Positions 1-9,268 of a DNA stretch of 64,000 nucleotides are shown here, piece after piece. The stretch is from Vulcanimicrobiota bacterium. Its GTDB lineage: Bacteria; Vulcanimicrobiota; Vulcanimicrobiia; Vulcanimicrobiales; Vulcanimicrobiaceae. The DNA lies in contig CAVUWE010000002.1 of the NCBI GenBank assembly GCA_963745145.1, positions 1,009,780 to 1,073,779 on the forward strand, read 5' to 3'. Positions within the stretch are counted from its first letter, which is position 1. Each line of letters begins with the position of its first letter. Under the pieces are notes generated by a model. It saw only the letters and a program-made list of their open reading frames with translations, made no database searches and was not told the DNA's origin. The position numbers and the translations under genes were made by a program.

Positions 1-1
1 G

Positions 2-373
2 GCGACGATGCACTATGCCCTCGAGAACTACAAGCACGGCAACTTCATGCGGTACATGTGGTTTTTGCTCGCGACGATCGTGTTAGGCGCCGGCTTTCTC
101 GGCGGCCAGGCGTACGAGTACAACCACCTCATCTTCGGCGAGCACGTGACGTGGTGGGGCAGCGGCATCTTCGGCGCCTCGTTCTTCACGCTGACCGGCA
201 TGCACGGGCTGCACGTCTTCTTTGGCGTTTGCTACCTCACGGTGCTGGTGCTTCAATCGGCGGCCGGCGTGTACACGCGCGGGAAATTCTTCGGAATTAC
301 CGCCGGCACGCTGTACTGGCACTTCGTAGACGTAATCTGGGTCGTGCTCTTTTCGATTTTCTACTTGATTTAA
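2..373 (+). CDS. ctaE: cytochrome c oxidase subunit III, C-terminal part (5' end lies outside the window)
   Basis: The frame is open to the window edge. The polytopic sequence carries FFTLTGMHGLHVFFG and LYWHFVDVIWVVLF, typical of CoxIII. Confidence 0.85.
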   Translation, partial: ATMHYALENYKHGNFMRYMWFLLATIVLGAGFLGGQAYEYNHLIFGEHVTWWGSGIFGASFFTLTGMHGLHVFFGVCYLTVLVLQSAAGVYTRGKFFGITAGTLYWHFVDVIWVVLFSIFYLI

Positions 374-386
374 GGAGCGCTCGAAC

Positions 387-596
387 GTGAATCCTGAGAT
401 AGTGGAACGGTTGGGGGCGGTCGTCGCGGGCGTCGTCGTGGCGGTCGTCGCGTTTTACGCGCTCTACAAGGATTGGAGAAGCACCGGGACCGAGAACCAG
501 GTCTTCAAGCTCATGCTCGCATTGCTTGGACTGGGCGCGATTCTCGCGCTGCTCGCCGGGCTGAACGTGATCGGCTTCACGCCGAAGGGAGCGTAG
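387..596 (+). CDS. small 2-TM membrane protein, possibly oxidase subunit IV-like
   Basis: GTG start 14 nt after the cox3 stop. Two hydrophobic helices and strong GC3 bias. Its position matches that of subunit IV genes. Confidence 0.45.
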   Translation: MNPEIVERLGAVVAGVVVAVVAFYALYKDWRSTGTENQVFKLMLALLGLGAILALLAGLNVIGFTPKGA

Positions 597-598
597 CG

Positions 599-802
599 AT
601 GATCGTCCGTGACGAGGAGTATCAGGACTTCAGCACAGTCCCCGAGAGTCGCGGCATCCCCGAGGCGCTCTATCGCGTCGCCGCGGTGGGATTGCTGGTC
701 ATATTCGCGATCGGCGCATCGGTCTGCCTGATGTCGGGATACGGTCACCACTGGCCGTCCGACACCACGGTGCGCGTCCCGCTTCACAACACGGAACCGT
801 AA
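599..802 (+). CDS. small single-TM membrane protein (hypothetical)
   Basis: ATG 3 nt after the preceding stop. 67 codons with high GC3. TM segment AAVGLLVIFAIGASVCLM. This is the internal start of track ORF 473..802. Confidence 0.4.
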   Translation: MIVRDEEYQDFSTVPESRGIPEALYRVAAVGLLVIFAIGASVCLMSGYGHHWPSDTTVRVPLHNTEP

Positions 803-831
803 CTCCTCAGCACTCGGCTGGACGAAACATC

Positions 832-1401
832 GTGTCGAGAGACGGGATCGTCGGGGTATCGGATCACGGCGGTTGGGCGGTACTGGTGACGGCCGCGGAC
901 GACGGGACGCTCCTCGACCGTCGCCGCGTCGAACTGGTGGACGAGGATTTGCCGGGCATTCCGCACCACAGCGAAGGCCAGTGGCTACCGCTCGATGAGG
1001 CAGTGGCGCTGGTGGAGCGCGTCCGGGCGTCGGCGGAACGGCACGCGAAGCTCGCCCTGAACGCCGTCGCGACCGCGTTGCCCGGACGCATCCTCGGCGT
1101 CGCGCTTCGCGAGTGCCCGGAGCTTCCGCCCACGATTGCCGAGCGCATCAAGGACTACCGGGCTCATAACGTCGCCGATTGGGTGATGTACCGCAAATCG
1201 TTAGCCGCTGCGGCCGAGGCGCGTGGTTGGGCCGTCCACTGGTACGACTCGAAGAAAGTGTTTGAGGCAGCGAGAGAGGCGCTGGGCATCGAGGACCTCG
1301 ATGCGCACTTTCTCCGGCTGCGGAAGTCCATCGGGCCGCCCTGGAGCAAGGATCATAAGCTCGCGATGGCAGCGGCGATCGTTGCGGCTAGGGCGCGCTA
1401 G
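832..1401 (+). CDS. hypothetical protein
   Basis: 189-aa ORF with coding-like composition. No family recognised. Confidence 0.55.
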   Translation: MSRDGIVGVSDHGGWAVLVTAADDGTLLDRRRVELVDEDLPGIPHHSEGQWLPLDEAVALVERVRASAERHAKLALNAVATALPGRILGVALRECPELPPTIAERIKDYRAHNVADWVMYRKSLAAAAEARGWAVHWYDSKKVFEAAREALGIEDLDAHFLRLRKSIGPPWSKDHKLAMAAAIVAARAR

Positions 1402-1425
1402 AGCTCGCCCAACGACGAAGCCGGA

Positions 1426-2031
1426 TTACAAGTCGATGCGGCGGCCGCGGCGCGTCGCGATGCCGATCGCGAGCAGCGGCAATTCCTGATCGGGGAGCAA
1501 TCCGGTCGGCTTGCCGTCGATCTTGTGAATGCCGGCGTATGCCGAGTATTCCACGAGCGCCGGAATCGTCGTGTTGGGCAGATGTCGCTTGCCGAGCCAT
1601 TCCCACTCGCCGGCTACGGAGCGATCGGCGAAAAGCGCGGCCGCGTAGCCGCACGCGTCGGGTTGAGAGCGATCGTCAGGCTCGCGGTAGCGTACGTAGC
1701 CGTCGATGATGTAGATGGGCCGGAAGGTCTGCACGTAAGCCGCGACCGGGGCGACGAGCACGGCCACGAAATAGCCCCCGAAAGCGATCGCTCCGAGCGC
1801 GAAGATCCATGCGATCTTGACCAGCGTTGCGTCCGAAGCGACGTGGTGCGCGCGGTAGACGATTCCCCACGTGAGCGCGGCCATGAACACGGTTCCGAGC
1901 AGCGGCTCGATCGCTAGGGCGAAACGCCCGGTGAGGCCGCGCCAGACGACGTCGCGTTCGCGGCGCGTCCAAGGCCGCCGCGCCCGCACCTGCGACGCGC
2001 ATTTTTCGGACGTCATCCATCGACCCGGCAT
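1426..2031 (-). CDS. hypothetical membrane protein
   Basis: 201-aa ORF with 2-3 hydrophobic helices (LLGTVFMAALTWGIVY, IAWIFALGAIAFGGYFVAVLV). Start uncertain. Confidence 0.5.
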   Translation of the reverse strand: MPGRWMTSEKCASQVRARRPWTRRERDVVWRGLTGRFALAIEPLLGTVFMAALTWGIVYRAHHVASDATLVKIAWIFALGAIAFGGYFVAVLVAPVAAYVQTFRPIYIIDGYVRYREPDDRSQPDACGYAAALFADRSVAGEWEWLGKRHLPNTTIPALVEYSAYAGIHKIDGKPTGLLPDQELPLLAIGIATRRGRRIDL

Positions 2032-2046
2032 GCGGGGAGGTTCGCC

Positions 2047-3387
2047 CTACAGCGCTCCCGCTGCTGCCTCTTCGATGGGACGCGTGCGTCCGCCGCGTTG
2101 CGGCTTCAGCGTTGCGGCGAGCAGCAGCGCCACGAATGCGACCGCGCAGAACGCAAGATAGGCGTGACGGTAGCCCGCGATCTCGTTCGCGGCTAGGCCG
2201 AAGAGCGCGCCGGCTAGCGAGCTTCCAAGGATCTGTCCGACGATCAGCGCTTGGCTCAGGAAGCCGACCGCGGTGGCGCGCGCCCGCTCGGGCGTCTCGC
2301 TCGTTACGATGAAGCGCGTGGGCGCTCCCAGCAGCGAGCCGAATCCGGCTCCCGCGACGACCATCGCCACCAAGGTGAGCGCGAGCGATTGAAAACCGAC
2401 CGCGAAAGTCGCGAGGCCGAGCTCCGTTAGGATCGCGCCGACGAGCAATACGTCGCGGCTGCCGATGCGATCGAGCGCGCGTCCCGCCGTCGGAATGACG
2501 GCGACGAACGTGAAAGCGCCGAGCGCCGCGACCAACCCGGCGCCGAGATAGGACATGCCCTGCGCACCGACGAGCACGGTCGGAATGAAGAAGAGCGAGC
2601 CTTCCAAGACGCCGATGACGACCTCGAGCGCGTAGGTTTTCACGAGCTGGGGCGTCCGAATCAGCTCGAGCGGAACGATCGGCGCACGCGCCGCGGTCTC
2701 CCAGATCGCAAAACACGCGAGGATGACGATGCCGAGAACGCCGATCAGCAGTCGCGCAGCAATCAAACCGTCCATGAGCGCAAGCAGTCCCAGGCATAGG
2801 AGTGCCAGGCCGCCCACATCGAGGGGTTCGCGGCGGCGCGGTGCGTCGATCGGCACGTCGCGCAGGGCCAGCACGAAGACGACCGCCGCGAGCGGCACGT
2901 TGGCCGCAAAGATCCAGCGCCACGAGACGAAGTGCGTGACGAGCCCCCCGACGACCGGGCCGATCACCGCGGCGAGCCCCCACGTCGCCGCTACCACGCC
3001 GAGCGCGGCACCTCGCCGGCCCGCGGGAACGACGTCGCCGATCGTGGCGGTCGCGACCGGGAAGATTCCGCCCGCTCCGAGCGCCTGAACCGCTCGGGCA
3101 ACGAGAAAGATGGAGTAACTGGGCGCGACGATCGCAACGACGCTGCCCACGGCAAACAGCGAGAGGCACGCCAGATAGACCGGGCGGCGTCCGTAGCGAT
3201 CGGCGAGCGTGCTCGCGAGCGCGATCGAGAGGACGGTGACCAGCAAGTACAGCGTAAAGACCCATGCCAGGTCGCTGGTTTGCACGCCGAAGTCGCGGCC
3301 GAGTGCGGGCAGTGCCGGAGAAAGCACGCTCAGGTCGAGCGCGCCCGCGAAGACGCCCAGCGCGAGCGTCGCGAGCAGACGATTCAC
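2047..3387 (-). CDS. MFS transporter (DHA-type drug/H+ antiporter-like)
   Basis: 446 aa, about 12-14 TM, with the LADRYGRRP motif. The GTG start overlaps the ctaB stop as GTGA. The track's 801-aa ORF is an upstream artefact extension. Confidence 0.85.
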   Translation of the reverse strand: MNRLLATLALGVFAGALDLSVLSPALPALGRDFGVQTSDLAWVFTLYLLVTVLSIALASTLADRYGRRPVYLACLSLFAVGSVVAIVAPSYSIFLVARAVQALGAGGIFPVATATIGDVVPAGRRGAALGVVAATWGLAAVIGPVVGGLVTHFVSWRWIFAANVPLAAVVFVLALRDVPIDAPRRREPLDVGGLALLCLGLLALMDGLIAARLLIGVLGIVILACFAIWETAARAPIVPLELIRTPQLVKTYALEVVIGVLEGSLFFIPTVLVGAQGMSYLGAGLVAALGAFTFVAVIPTAGRALDRIGSRDVLLVGAILTELGLATFAVGFQSLALTLVAMVVAGAGFGSLLGAPTRFIVTSETPERARATAVGFLSQALIVGQILGSSLAGALFGLAANEIAGYRHAYLAFCAVAFVALLLAATLKPQRGGRTRPIEEAAAGAL

Positions 3388-4256
3388 GTTACGATTCGGT
3401 CGATCACCATCACCGCGCACATGAGCGCGAGGTAAAGGAGCGAGAAGCGGAAGAGCTTGCGCGCTTGAAACGTACCGGCCTCCTCCCGCCACGTCCGGAC
3501 CGCATCGATGAGGAAGATCGCGCCGAGCAAACCAGCGCCCGCGAGGTAGAAGGCGCCCATGACGTGCAGCGGATAGAGAAGCAGCGACGCTGCCACGAGT
3601 AAGATTGTGTAGTAGACGATTTCGCGTTTCGTGCGCTCCCGCCCGCACACGTTGGGAAGCATGGGAATCTTGGCCTTGTCGTACTCCGTTTCGGTCATCA
3701 GAGCGAGGGACCAGAAATGCGGCGGCGTCCACAGGAAGATCAATGCGAAGAGTCCGAGCGCCGGAGCTCCGACGGAATGCGTCACGGCCGCCCATCCGAC
3801 GAGCGGAGGAACGGAACCGGCGGCGCCGCCCACGACGATGTTGAGCGGCGTGATGCGCTTGAGCCACATCGTGTAGATGACGACGTAGTAAAGGTTGCCC
3901 GCGAGCGACAGCCACGCGGCCAACGGATCGACGAGCAAATAGAAGATGACGAACGACGCAACGCCGACGATCGCGGCGTAGATCGCGCCGCTGCGCCTCG
4001 AGATGCGACCTTGCGGGATCGGTCGCGTCGCCGTGCGCTTCATGATGCCATCGATATCGGCGTCCCAAACGCAGTTGAACGCGCCGGCCGAGGCTGCGGC
4101 GAGCGCGCCCGCCAGCAGCGTCCAAAAGACCAGATGGAGCGGCGGCACGCCCCGCGCGGCCATGACCATCGAAGCCGCCGTCGTGACGAGCAAGAGCGCG
4201 ATGATTCGAGGTTTTGACAGTTCGTAATAGTCGACGATGCGTGCGTATAGATTCAT
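3384..4256 (-). CDS. ctaB: protoheme IX farnesyltransferase (heme O synthase)
   Basis: UbiA-family motifs NCVWDADIDGIMKRTATRPIP and WTPPHFWSLAL. ATGA overlap with ctaA. Confidence 0.92.
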   Translation of the reverse strand: MNLYARIVDYYELSKPRIIALLLVTTAASMVMAARGVPPLHLVFWTLLAGALAAASAGAFNCVWDADIDGIMKRTATRPIPQGRISRRSGAIYAAIVGVASFVIFYLLVDPLAAWLSLAGNLYYVVIYTMWLKRITPLNIVVGGAAGSVPPLVGWAAVTHSVGAPALGLFALIFLWTPPHFWSLALMTETEYDKAKIPMLPNVCGRERTKREIVYYTILLVAASLLLYPLHVMGAFYLAGAGLLGAIFLIDAVRTWREEAGTFQARKLFRFSLLYLALMCAVMVIDRIVT

Positions 4257-5185
4257 CGCGGGGCGTCGCCTTCCGCGAGCGGACGTCGGCGCCGCAGCGG
4301 TGCGGCGTCGAGCATAGCGAACGCCGCCGCCACGAAGAAGGCCAAGAAGACGAAGGCCGCGTTCGCGGCGTGGGCCTCACGAAGATTCGTCGGTAATCGA
4401 AGCGCGACGTTGAGCAACCCGAGCAGCACCTGGACGGCGACGAGCGCGGCACCCACGGCGACCGCCGCGCGAACGCGACGCGACGCCGCCTGCGCCCACG
4501 CTAGCGCGACGGCTCCGGCGGCGCAGATCAGCGTTGAAGCCGCGCCGAAGCGGTGCAGCATCTGAACGTATTGACCGGGCGTATACACGACGACGCTGCC
4601 GGCGCATCCGGGAATCGATAGGCAGGCGAGGCCGGCGCCGCTCGAGCTAACGTACGCGCCGATGCACATCGTGACGAAGGCGACGGCAGCGGTGACGCCG
4701 AGTACGAGGAGAAGCACGGGCGGGCCGAGCCGCGCGTCGGGGCGGGGACTGGGCGCGGCCTCCGATGCGGCGGCGAACACCGCCATCGCCGAGAGCGAGG
4801 CGATGAGGGCCATCGCCGTGGCCCAATGCAGCACGACGGAGAGCGGCGTGTTGGCGAGGCGGACGGTTTCGGCGCCGAGCACGACCTGCACCGCGAAGAT
4901 AACGGCGATGAGCCCGAGCGTCGGCATGACGAACGGCGAGCGAGCCCGTTGCCGCCAGGCGACCGCGATAAGAGCGAGGACGAGCGCGGCGAGCGCGATC
5001 GCAAGCAGGCGATGCGACCATTCCCAGAGCGTACCCCCGCTCATCGACGGCAGAAGCCGACCGTGGCAGAGCGGCCAGTCCGGGCAGGTGAGGCCGGCGC
5101 CGTTAATCCGCGTCCAGCTCCCCAGCATGAGGGTCATCAGGGCGACCAAGTCGGCGGTTAGCGCCAAAACCAGCACACGCTTCAT
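4253..5185 (-). CDS. ctaA: heme A synthase (COX15/CtaA)
   Basis: Polytopic protein with CPDWPLCHG and paired Cys/His motifs characteristic of CtaA. Lies immediately upstream of ctaB. Confidence 0.88.
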   Translation of the reverse strand: MKRVLVLALTADLVALMTLMLGSWTRINGAGLTCPDWPLCHGRLLPSMSGGTLWEWSHRLLAIALAALVLALIAVAWRQRARSPFVMPTLGLIAVIFAVQVVLGAETVRLANTPLSVVLHWATAMALIASLSAMAVFAAASEAAPSPRPDARLGPPVLLLVLGVTAAVAFVTMCIGAYVSSSGAGLACLSIPGCAGSVVVYTPGQYVQMLHRFGAASTLICAAGAVALAWAQAASRRVRAAVAVGAALVAVQVLLGLLNVALRLPTNLREAHAANAAFVFLAFFVAAAFAMLDAAPLRRRRPLAEGDAPR

Positions 5186-5251
5186 CCAACTCTCAGCCTA
5201 ACGTCGCCGGCGGCGCGAGGGCAATGACAAATAGGGGCGAAGCGCACGGCC

Positions 5252-5695
5252 GTGAAGCGCTGGTGGGCCCTGGCGGGTCTAGCCCTGGGGCTCGTCTTGC
5301 TGGTCGGATGTCGCGAGATTCGCGTGAAGACGCTCGCAGTGGGCACTACCACCGTTCTAGGAGGGAACCAAATCCTTATAGTACGCGATGCGACTGCCCT
5401 CGGCAAGCTCGGCATTCACGCGCCCGTACATTACAAGGGCGAGTTCGGTGTCGTCTTGCTGATGGGGCCGCACGACCGAACGGGATACAAGCAGATCGTC
5501 GAATCGATCGGTGCGAACGGCCAGCGCGTACGCGTCGTTGCCTTCGAACCAGCACCCGCCGACGGCGGCGAGCCGTCGGCTCAATACCGCACCTTTACTC
5601 TTTGGATCGTTCCGAACAGCGTTTATCGACGAGGCGTGCGCGTCGAAGTCGTGACGCCGAGCAACGAGCCAATTGCGTCGACGTACCTGCCGTAG
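5252..5695 (+). CDS. lipoprotein, hypothetical (possibly PrcB_C-like beta-barrel)
   Basis: Signal peptide with lipobox LLVGC. 147 aa. Confidence 0.55.
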   Translation: MKRWWALAGLALGLVLLVGCREIRVKTLAVGTTTVLGGNQILIVRDATALGKLGIHAPVHYKGEFGVVLLMGPHDRTGYKQIVESIGANGQRVRVVAFEPAPADGGEPSAQYRTFTLWIVPNSVYRRGVRVEVVTPSNEPIASTYLP

Positions 5696-5709
5696 GTCCG
5701 AACAGTAGC

Positions 5710-6807
5710 GTGCTCTCTCCGCGCAAGCCGTCACCGCCCGACCGCATCGACGAACTCGACGCGCACGTCGAGCGTCTCGGCTTGGTTCTCGAACCGAACG
5801 GCGATCCGACCGAAGCGTGCGGAACGCTGAATCCGGGTGCGACCCGCGCTCCGAATCGCGAACTCCTCGTCTATCCGCGCTGCGTCGCCGAAGGCAACAT
5901 ATCGCGCGTCGGAACGGTGCGCACTCACGAGGTCGAGGGCGGGTTCAACGTCGAGCGGCTCGGCTTTGCCCTCGAGCCGGAAGCGCCGTACGAGCTCCGC
6001 CCGAATCCGGGATATGGATGCGAGGATCCGCGCGTCACGTACGTGCCTGCGATCGAATCTTACGTCATGGCGTACACGGCGTTCGGCCCCGACGGTCCGC
6101 GCATCGCGCTCGCGCTTTCGGACGACGCATATCGGTGGCGCCGGCTCGGCCCCGTCCGGTTCGCCGGGAGCGCGAATGTCGTGGGCGACGACAAGGACGC
6201 CGCTTTCTTTCCGGAGCCCGTGATCTCGCCGAAAGGGCGGCGTTGCCTGGCGTTCTATCACCGTCCGATGCTGCATCTGTCGAGCGTCGACGGCCGTGCC
6301 GCGCTTCCGATGATCGAGCACCTGCCGTTCGAGGACCGCGAGTCGATCCGCATCGCGTACGTTCCGCTCGGACCGGTGCTGAAGGATCGCCGCAACCTCT
6401 GCAACATTTCCGAGAGCGTCCAGGTGCTCAGTCCGGACGATCGCTGGGGCTCGATCAAGATCGGCGCCGGGACGCCGCCGGTGCGCATCGCGCTCGGCGG
6501 AACGGAGGGATGGATGTCGCTCTTTCACGGCGTCGACGTCGTCCGCGATCGCCGTCGCAAGCCGTCGCTGCGGTACAGCGCCGGCATCGTGATTCACGAT
6601 CTCGAACGCCCGAACTATATTCTCTATCGGTCGCCGAAGCCCGTGATGGCGCCCGAGTCACACCGAGAGCGCCACGGCGTGGTCGACAACGTCGTCTTTC
6701 CGACCGGTCTCGATCCGCGCCCCGATCTCGGCGACCGCGTCTACGACGTCTACTACGGCATGAGCGACTACTCGATCGGTGCGGCGCGCTTGCGTATCGA
6801 ACCTTGA
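5710..6807 (+). CDS. GH130-family glycoside phosphorylase/glycosidase (DUF377-like beta-propeller)
   Basis: In-frame GTG start at 5710. Contains EDPRVTY, DKDAAFFPE and WGSIKIGAGTPP motifs typical of GH130. The N-terminal part of the track ORF overlaps the lipoprotein gene and is rejected. Confidence 0.75.
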   Translation: MLSPRKPSPPDRIDELDAHVERLGLVLEPNGDPTEACGTLNPGATRAPNRELLVYPRCVAEGNISRVGTVRTHEVEGGFNVERLGFALEPEAPYELRPNPGYGCEDPRVTYVPAIESYVMAYTAFGPDGPRIALALSDDAYRWRRLGPVRFAGSANVVGDDKDAAFFPEPVISPKGRRCLAFYHRPMLHLSSVDGRAALPMIEHLPFEDRESIRIAYVPLGPVLKDRRNLCNISESVQVLSPDDRWGSIKIGAGTPPVRIALGGTEGWMSLFHGVDVVRDRRRKPSLRYSAGIVIHDLERPNYILYRSPKPVMAPESHRERHGVVDNVVFPTGLDPRPDLGDRVYDVYYGMSDYSIGAARLRIEP

Positions 6808-6822
6808 CGAAGGCCACCGCAA

Positions 6823-7305
6823 ATGCTGCGATATCTACTGTTGTCGACGGCCATCGTGCTCGGGATCGCGGCAACCGTGGCGGCCTGGGTGAATCGGGAT
6901 CTCATCCGCATCAAAATAGCTTCGGTCTACGCGCGCGTGCCACCGAAGCCGGGGGGCGCGAGCGCACGCGAGCTCGGGGCGGCAGCGGGCCTGCTCGGTG
7001 ACGCGCCCTGGGCGCTTTCGGCGCTGCCCGAATGCTTGATACAAACCTCGGAATCGAGCGGAGCGCCCCGCTACGTGCGGCGGCACTTGCCCGCGGGCGC
7101 TGCGCCGATTGTGCCGCCCGCCACATTGGTGTATGGTGATTGCAGCATTCGGATCACCGGGGACGAAGCATACGTGCGGCGCGGACCCGACCGGCTCCGA
7201 ATCCCGCCGCGCGTACGGTTTTACCGTGCGGCGGGCTTCCTTGCGCTCATTCGCGAGACGCCCGGGGGCGAGGAGCTGCGCGTCTACCAATCGGCACAAA
7301 GATGA
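6823..7305 (+). CDS. hypothetical N-terminally anchored protein
   Basis: 160-aa ORF with an N-terminal TM helix. The stop overlaps the prfC start (ATGA). Confidence 0.5.
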   Translation: MLRYLLLSTAIVLGIAATVAAWVNRDLIRIKIASVYARVPPKPGGASARELGAAAGLLGDAPWALSALPECLIQTSESSGAPRYVRRHLPAGAAPIVPPATLVYGDCSIRITGDEAYVRRGPDRLRIPPRVRFYRAAGFLALIRETPGGEELRVYQSAQR

Positions 7306-8909
7306 TGGAAAACGAAAACATTCAAGATCAGGTGCGGCGGCGGCGGACGTTCGCGATCATCTCGCATCCCGATGCGGGCAAGACGACCCTTACCGAAAAG
7401 CTGCTGCTCTACGGGGGAGCGATTCACGTCGCCGGACAGGTCTCCGCGCGCAAGCGCCAGCGCCAGGCCACGAGCGACTGGATGGCCCTCGAGCGCGAGC
7501 GCGGGATCTCGATCACGTCGACCGTGTTGCAGTTTCCTTACCGCGGATATGCCGTCAACCTGCTCGACACGCCTGGCCATCAGGACTTTGGCGAGGATAC
7601 CTATCGCACGCTGCTGGCCGCCGATAGCGCGGTGATGCTCATCGACGCCGCTAAGGGCGTCGAACCGCAGACGCGAAAGCTCTTCGCGATTTGCCGCGAA
7701 CGCGGCATTCCGCTCTTCACGTTCATGAACAAGCTGGATCGCCCGAGCCGCGATCCGCTCGAGCTTTTAGACGAGCTCGAGAGCGTGCTCGGGATCGGGG
7801 CCTTCCCCATGAACTGGCCGTTGGGCAGCGGCGACGATTTCCGCGGCGTGTACGATCGCCGAACTCACACGGTGCACTCCTTCGAGCGCGCCGCGCACGG
7901 AGCGACGCGCGCTCCCGTCTCCATGTCGGATGTTCGAGATCCGAAGTTACGCGAGATGGTGAGCGATCACGCTTACGCGCAGTTTCGAGAAGGGATCGAG
8001 CTGCTCGACGGAGCCGGCGAGCGATTCGATCCAGCGGCGATGCTGGGCGGCAAGACCACGCCGGTATTCTTCGGAAGCGCGGTGACCAACTTCGGCGTGC
8101 AGCTCTTTCTCGACGAGTTCGTCGAGATGGCTCCCCCGCCTTCGGCGCGCTCCGGCGTCGATCCGGCCGGCGAATCGTTCACGGGCTTCGTGTTCAAGAT
8201 TCAGGCGAACATGGATCCGCGCCATCGCGATCGCGTGGCTTTCGTGCGCGTCTGCTCGGGCGAATTCGCGCGCGACATGACCGTTCGCAACGCTCGCACG
8301 GGTTCGGTGGTGCGTCTCTCGCGCGCGATGCGTCTCTTCGCCGACGATCGCGAGTCGCTCGACGTAGCGTATGCCGGTGACGTCGTCGGGCTGGCCAATC
8401 CGGGGGCCTTCGCGATCGGGGACACGCTGTACGAGGGAACGCCCGTCACGTTCCCTCCGGTACCGGCCTTCGCTCCGGAACATTTTGCCTCGATCCGGAG
8501 TATCGACGTAGCGGGTTACAAAGCTTTTGGAAAGGGCATTTCGCAGTTGCGTGAAGAGGGTGCCGTGCAGGTCTTCTATCCGTGGGGGACGCCGCGGAAC
8601 GAACCCATCCTCGGGGCGGTTGGCGAGCTGCAGTTCGACGTCGCGAAGTACCGGCTCGAAGCCGAGTACAACGTGAAAAGCCTTTTGGCGACGCTACCGT
8701 TCTCGCTCGCCCGCCACGTCGCGGGAGAGCGCGACGCGATCGACCGCGTCGCGCTTCCGTCGAACGCTCGTCTGATGGAAGACTGGGACGGCCGCCCGGT
8801 AGCGCTCTTTGAGAGCGAGTGGAGCGTGCGGCTCGCGGAGGAGTGGAACCCGCAGCTTGCCTTTACGGCGTTTACTGCCCGTTCGGATGCGAAGGCGCTG
8901 GCGTCGTGA
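7302..8909 (+). CDS. prfC: peptide chain release factor 3
   Basis: The GTPase N-terminus RRRTFAIISHPDAGKTTLTEKLLL, DTPGHQDF and NKLDR match RF3. Length 535 aa from ATG 7302. Confidence 0.93.
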   Translation: MMENENIQDQVRRRRTFAIISHPDAGKTTLTEKLLLYGGAIHVAGQVSARKRQRQATSDWMALERERGISITSTVLQFPYRGYAVNLLDTPGHQDFGEDTYRTLLAADSAVMLIDAAKGVEPQTRKLFAICRERGIPLFTFMNKLDRPSRDPLELLDELESVLGIGAFPMNWPLGSGDDFRGVYDRRTHTVHSFERAAHGATRAPVSMSDVRDPKLREMVSDHAYAQFREGIELLDGAGERFDPAAMLGGKTTPVFFGSAVTNFGVQLFLDEFVEMAPPPSARSGVDPAGESFTGFVFKIQANMDPRHRDRVAFVRVCSGEFARDMTVRNARTGSVVRLSRAMRLFADDRESLDVAYAGDVVGLANPGAFAIGDTLYEGTPVTFPPVPAFAPEHFASIRSIDVAGYKAFGKGISQLREEGAVQVFYPWGTPRNEPILGAVGELQFDVAKYRLEAEYNVKSLLATLPFSLARHVAGERDAIDRVALPSNARLMEDWDGRPVALFESEWSVRLAEEWNPQLAFTAFTARSDAKALAS

Positions 8910-9268
8910 CGGCGTTGAGGGTGCTCGCCCTGGCCGGCGCGGCCGCGCTCCTGGCGAGCTGTTCTTTTCAAAACCGGAACGAGCGCGAGGCCGAGCGCGT
9001 CACGCGCGCGGTGATCGCGAACGACTTGCAGCCGGTCCAAGGCGACGTGGCCAAAGGAGTGGCGATCACCCGCGTCCAGATCGCGCAATGGTCGGACGAG
9101 CTCAACGCCCAGGGAAAGCTGCTTTCCGTCAAGGAGATGACCGAAGGTTGCCAGGCCGGCTGGCACTGCTTCGACGTTAAGTTCCAAAAGCGCGAGTACG
9201 TCGAGCGGATGCGTTTCGACGAGAACGGGAAAGTGGTCAACTGGAACTTTCACATGGCGCCCCGGTAA
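8906..9268 (+). CDS. lipoprotein, hypothetical
   Basis: The GTG start overlaps the prfC stop (GTGA). Lipobox LLASC. 120 aa. Confidence 0.55.
   Translation: MTALRVLALAGAAALLASCSFQNRNEREAERVTRAVIANDLQPVQGDVAKGVAITRVQIAQWSDELNAQGKLLSVKEMTEGCQAGWHCFDVKFQKREYVERMRFDENGKVVNWNFHMAPR

Noticed and set aside
1676-3265. Many very long alternative-frame or antisense ORFs. Examples: 1676..3265(-), 10608..12434(-), 25335..26624(+), 27335..28378(-), 33480..34667(+), 36542..38035(+), 42881..44470(-), 44591..45928(-), 52707..54911(+), 55231..56799(-) and 60344..62152(-).
   Set aside because: All are Arg/Ala/Pro/Gly-rich with no recognisable motifs. Each lies opposite or out of frame to genes with clear family signatures. 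This is the classic open-frame artefact of a very GC-rich genome.
2047-4452. N-terminal extensions and fusions in the track. These are the 801-aa ORF spanning the MFS gene and ctaB, 25473..27095 (540 aa), 10637..13753 (1038 aa), 5224..6807, 7140..8909, 40744..42309 and 52119..55103.
   Set aside because: The upstream parts are low-complexity Arg-rich sequence overlapping neighbouring real genes. Internal starts give the expected protein lengths, signal peptides or 4-nt coupling overlaps.
9254-9256. ATG 9254 as the dehydratase start, assuming a missing C in the CCCC run (this would give MAPPVTLADIR...).
   Set aside because: Adding a base there would also fuse the upstream lipoprotein frame to the dehydratase by removing its TAA. 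The ATG is in the lipoprotein frame, 4 codons before its stop.
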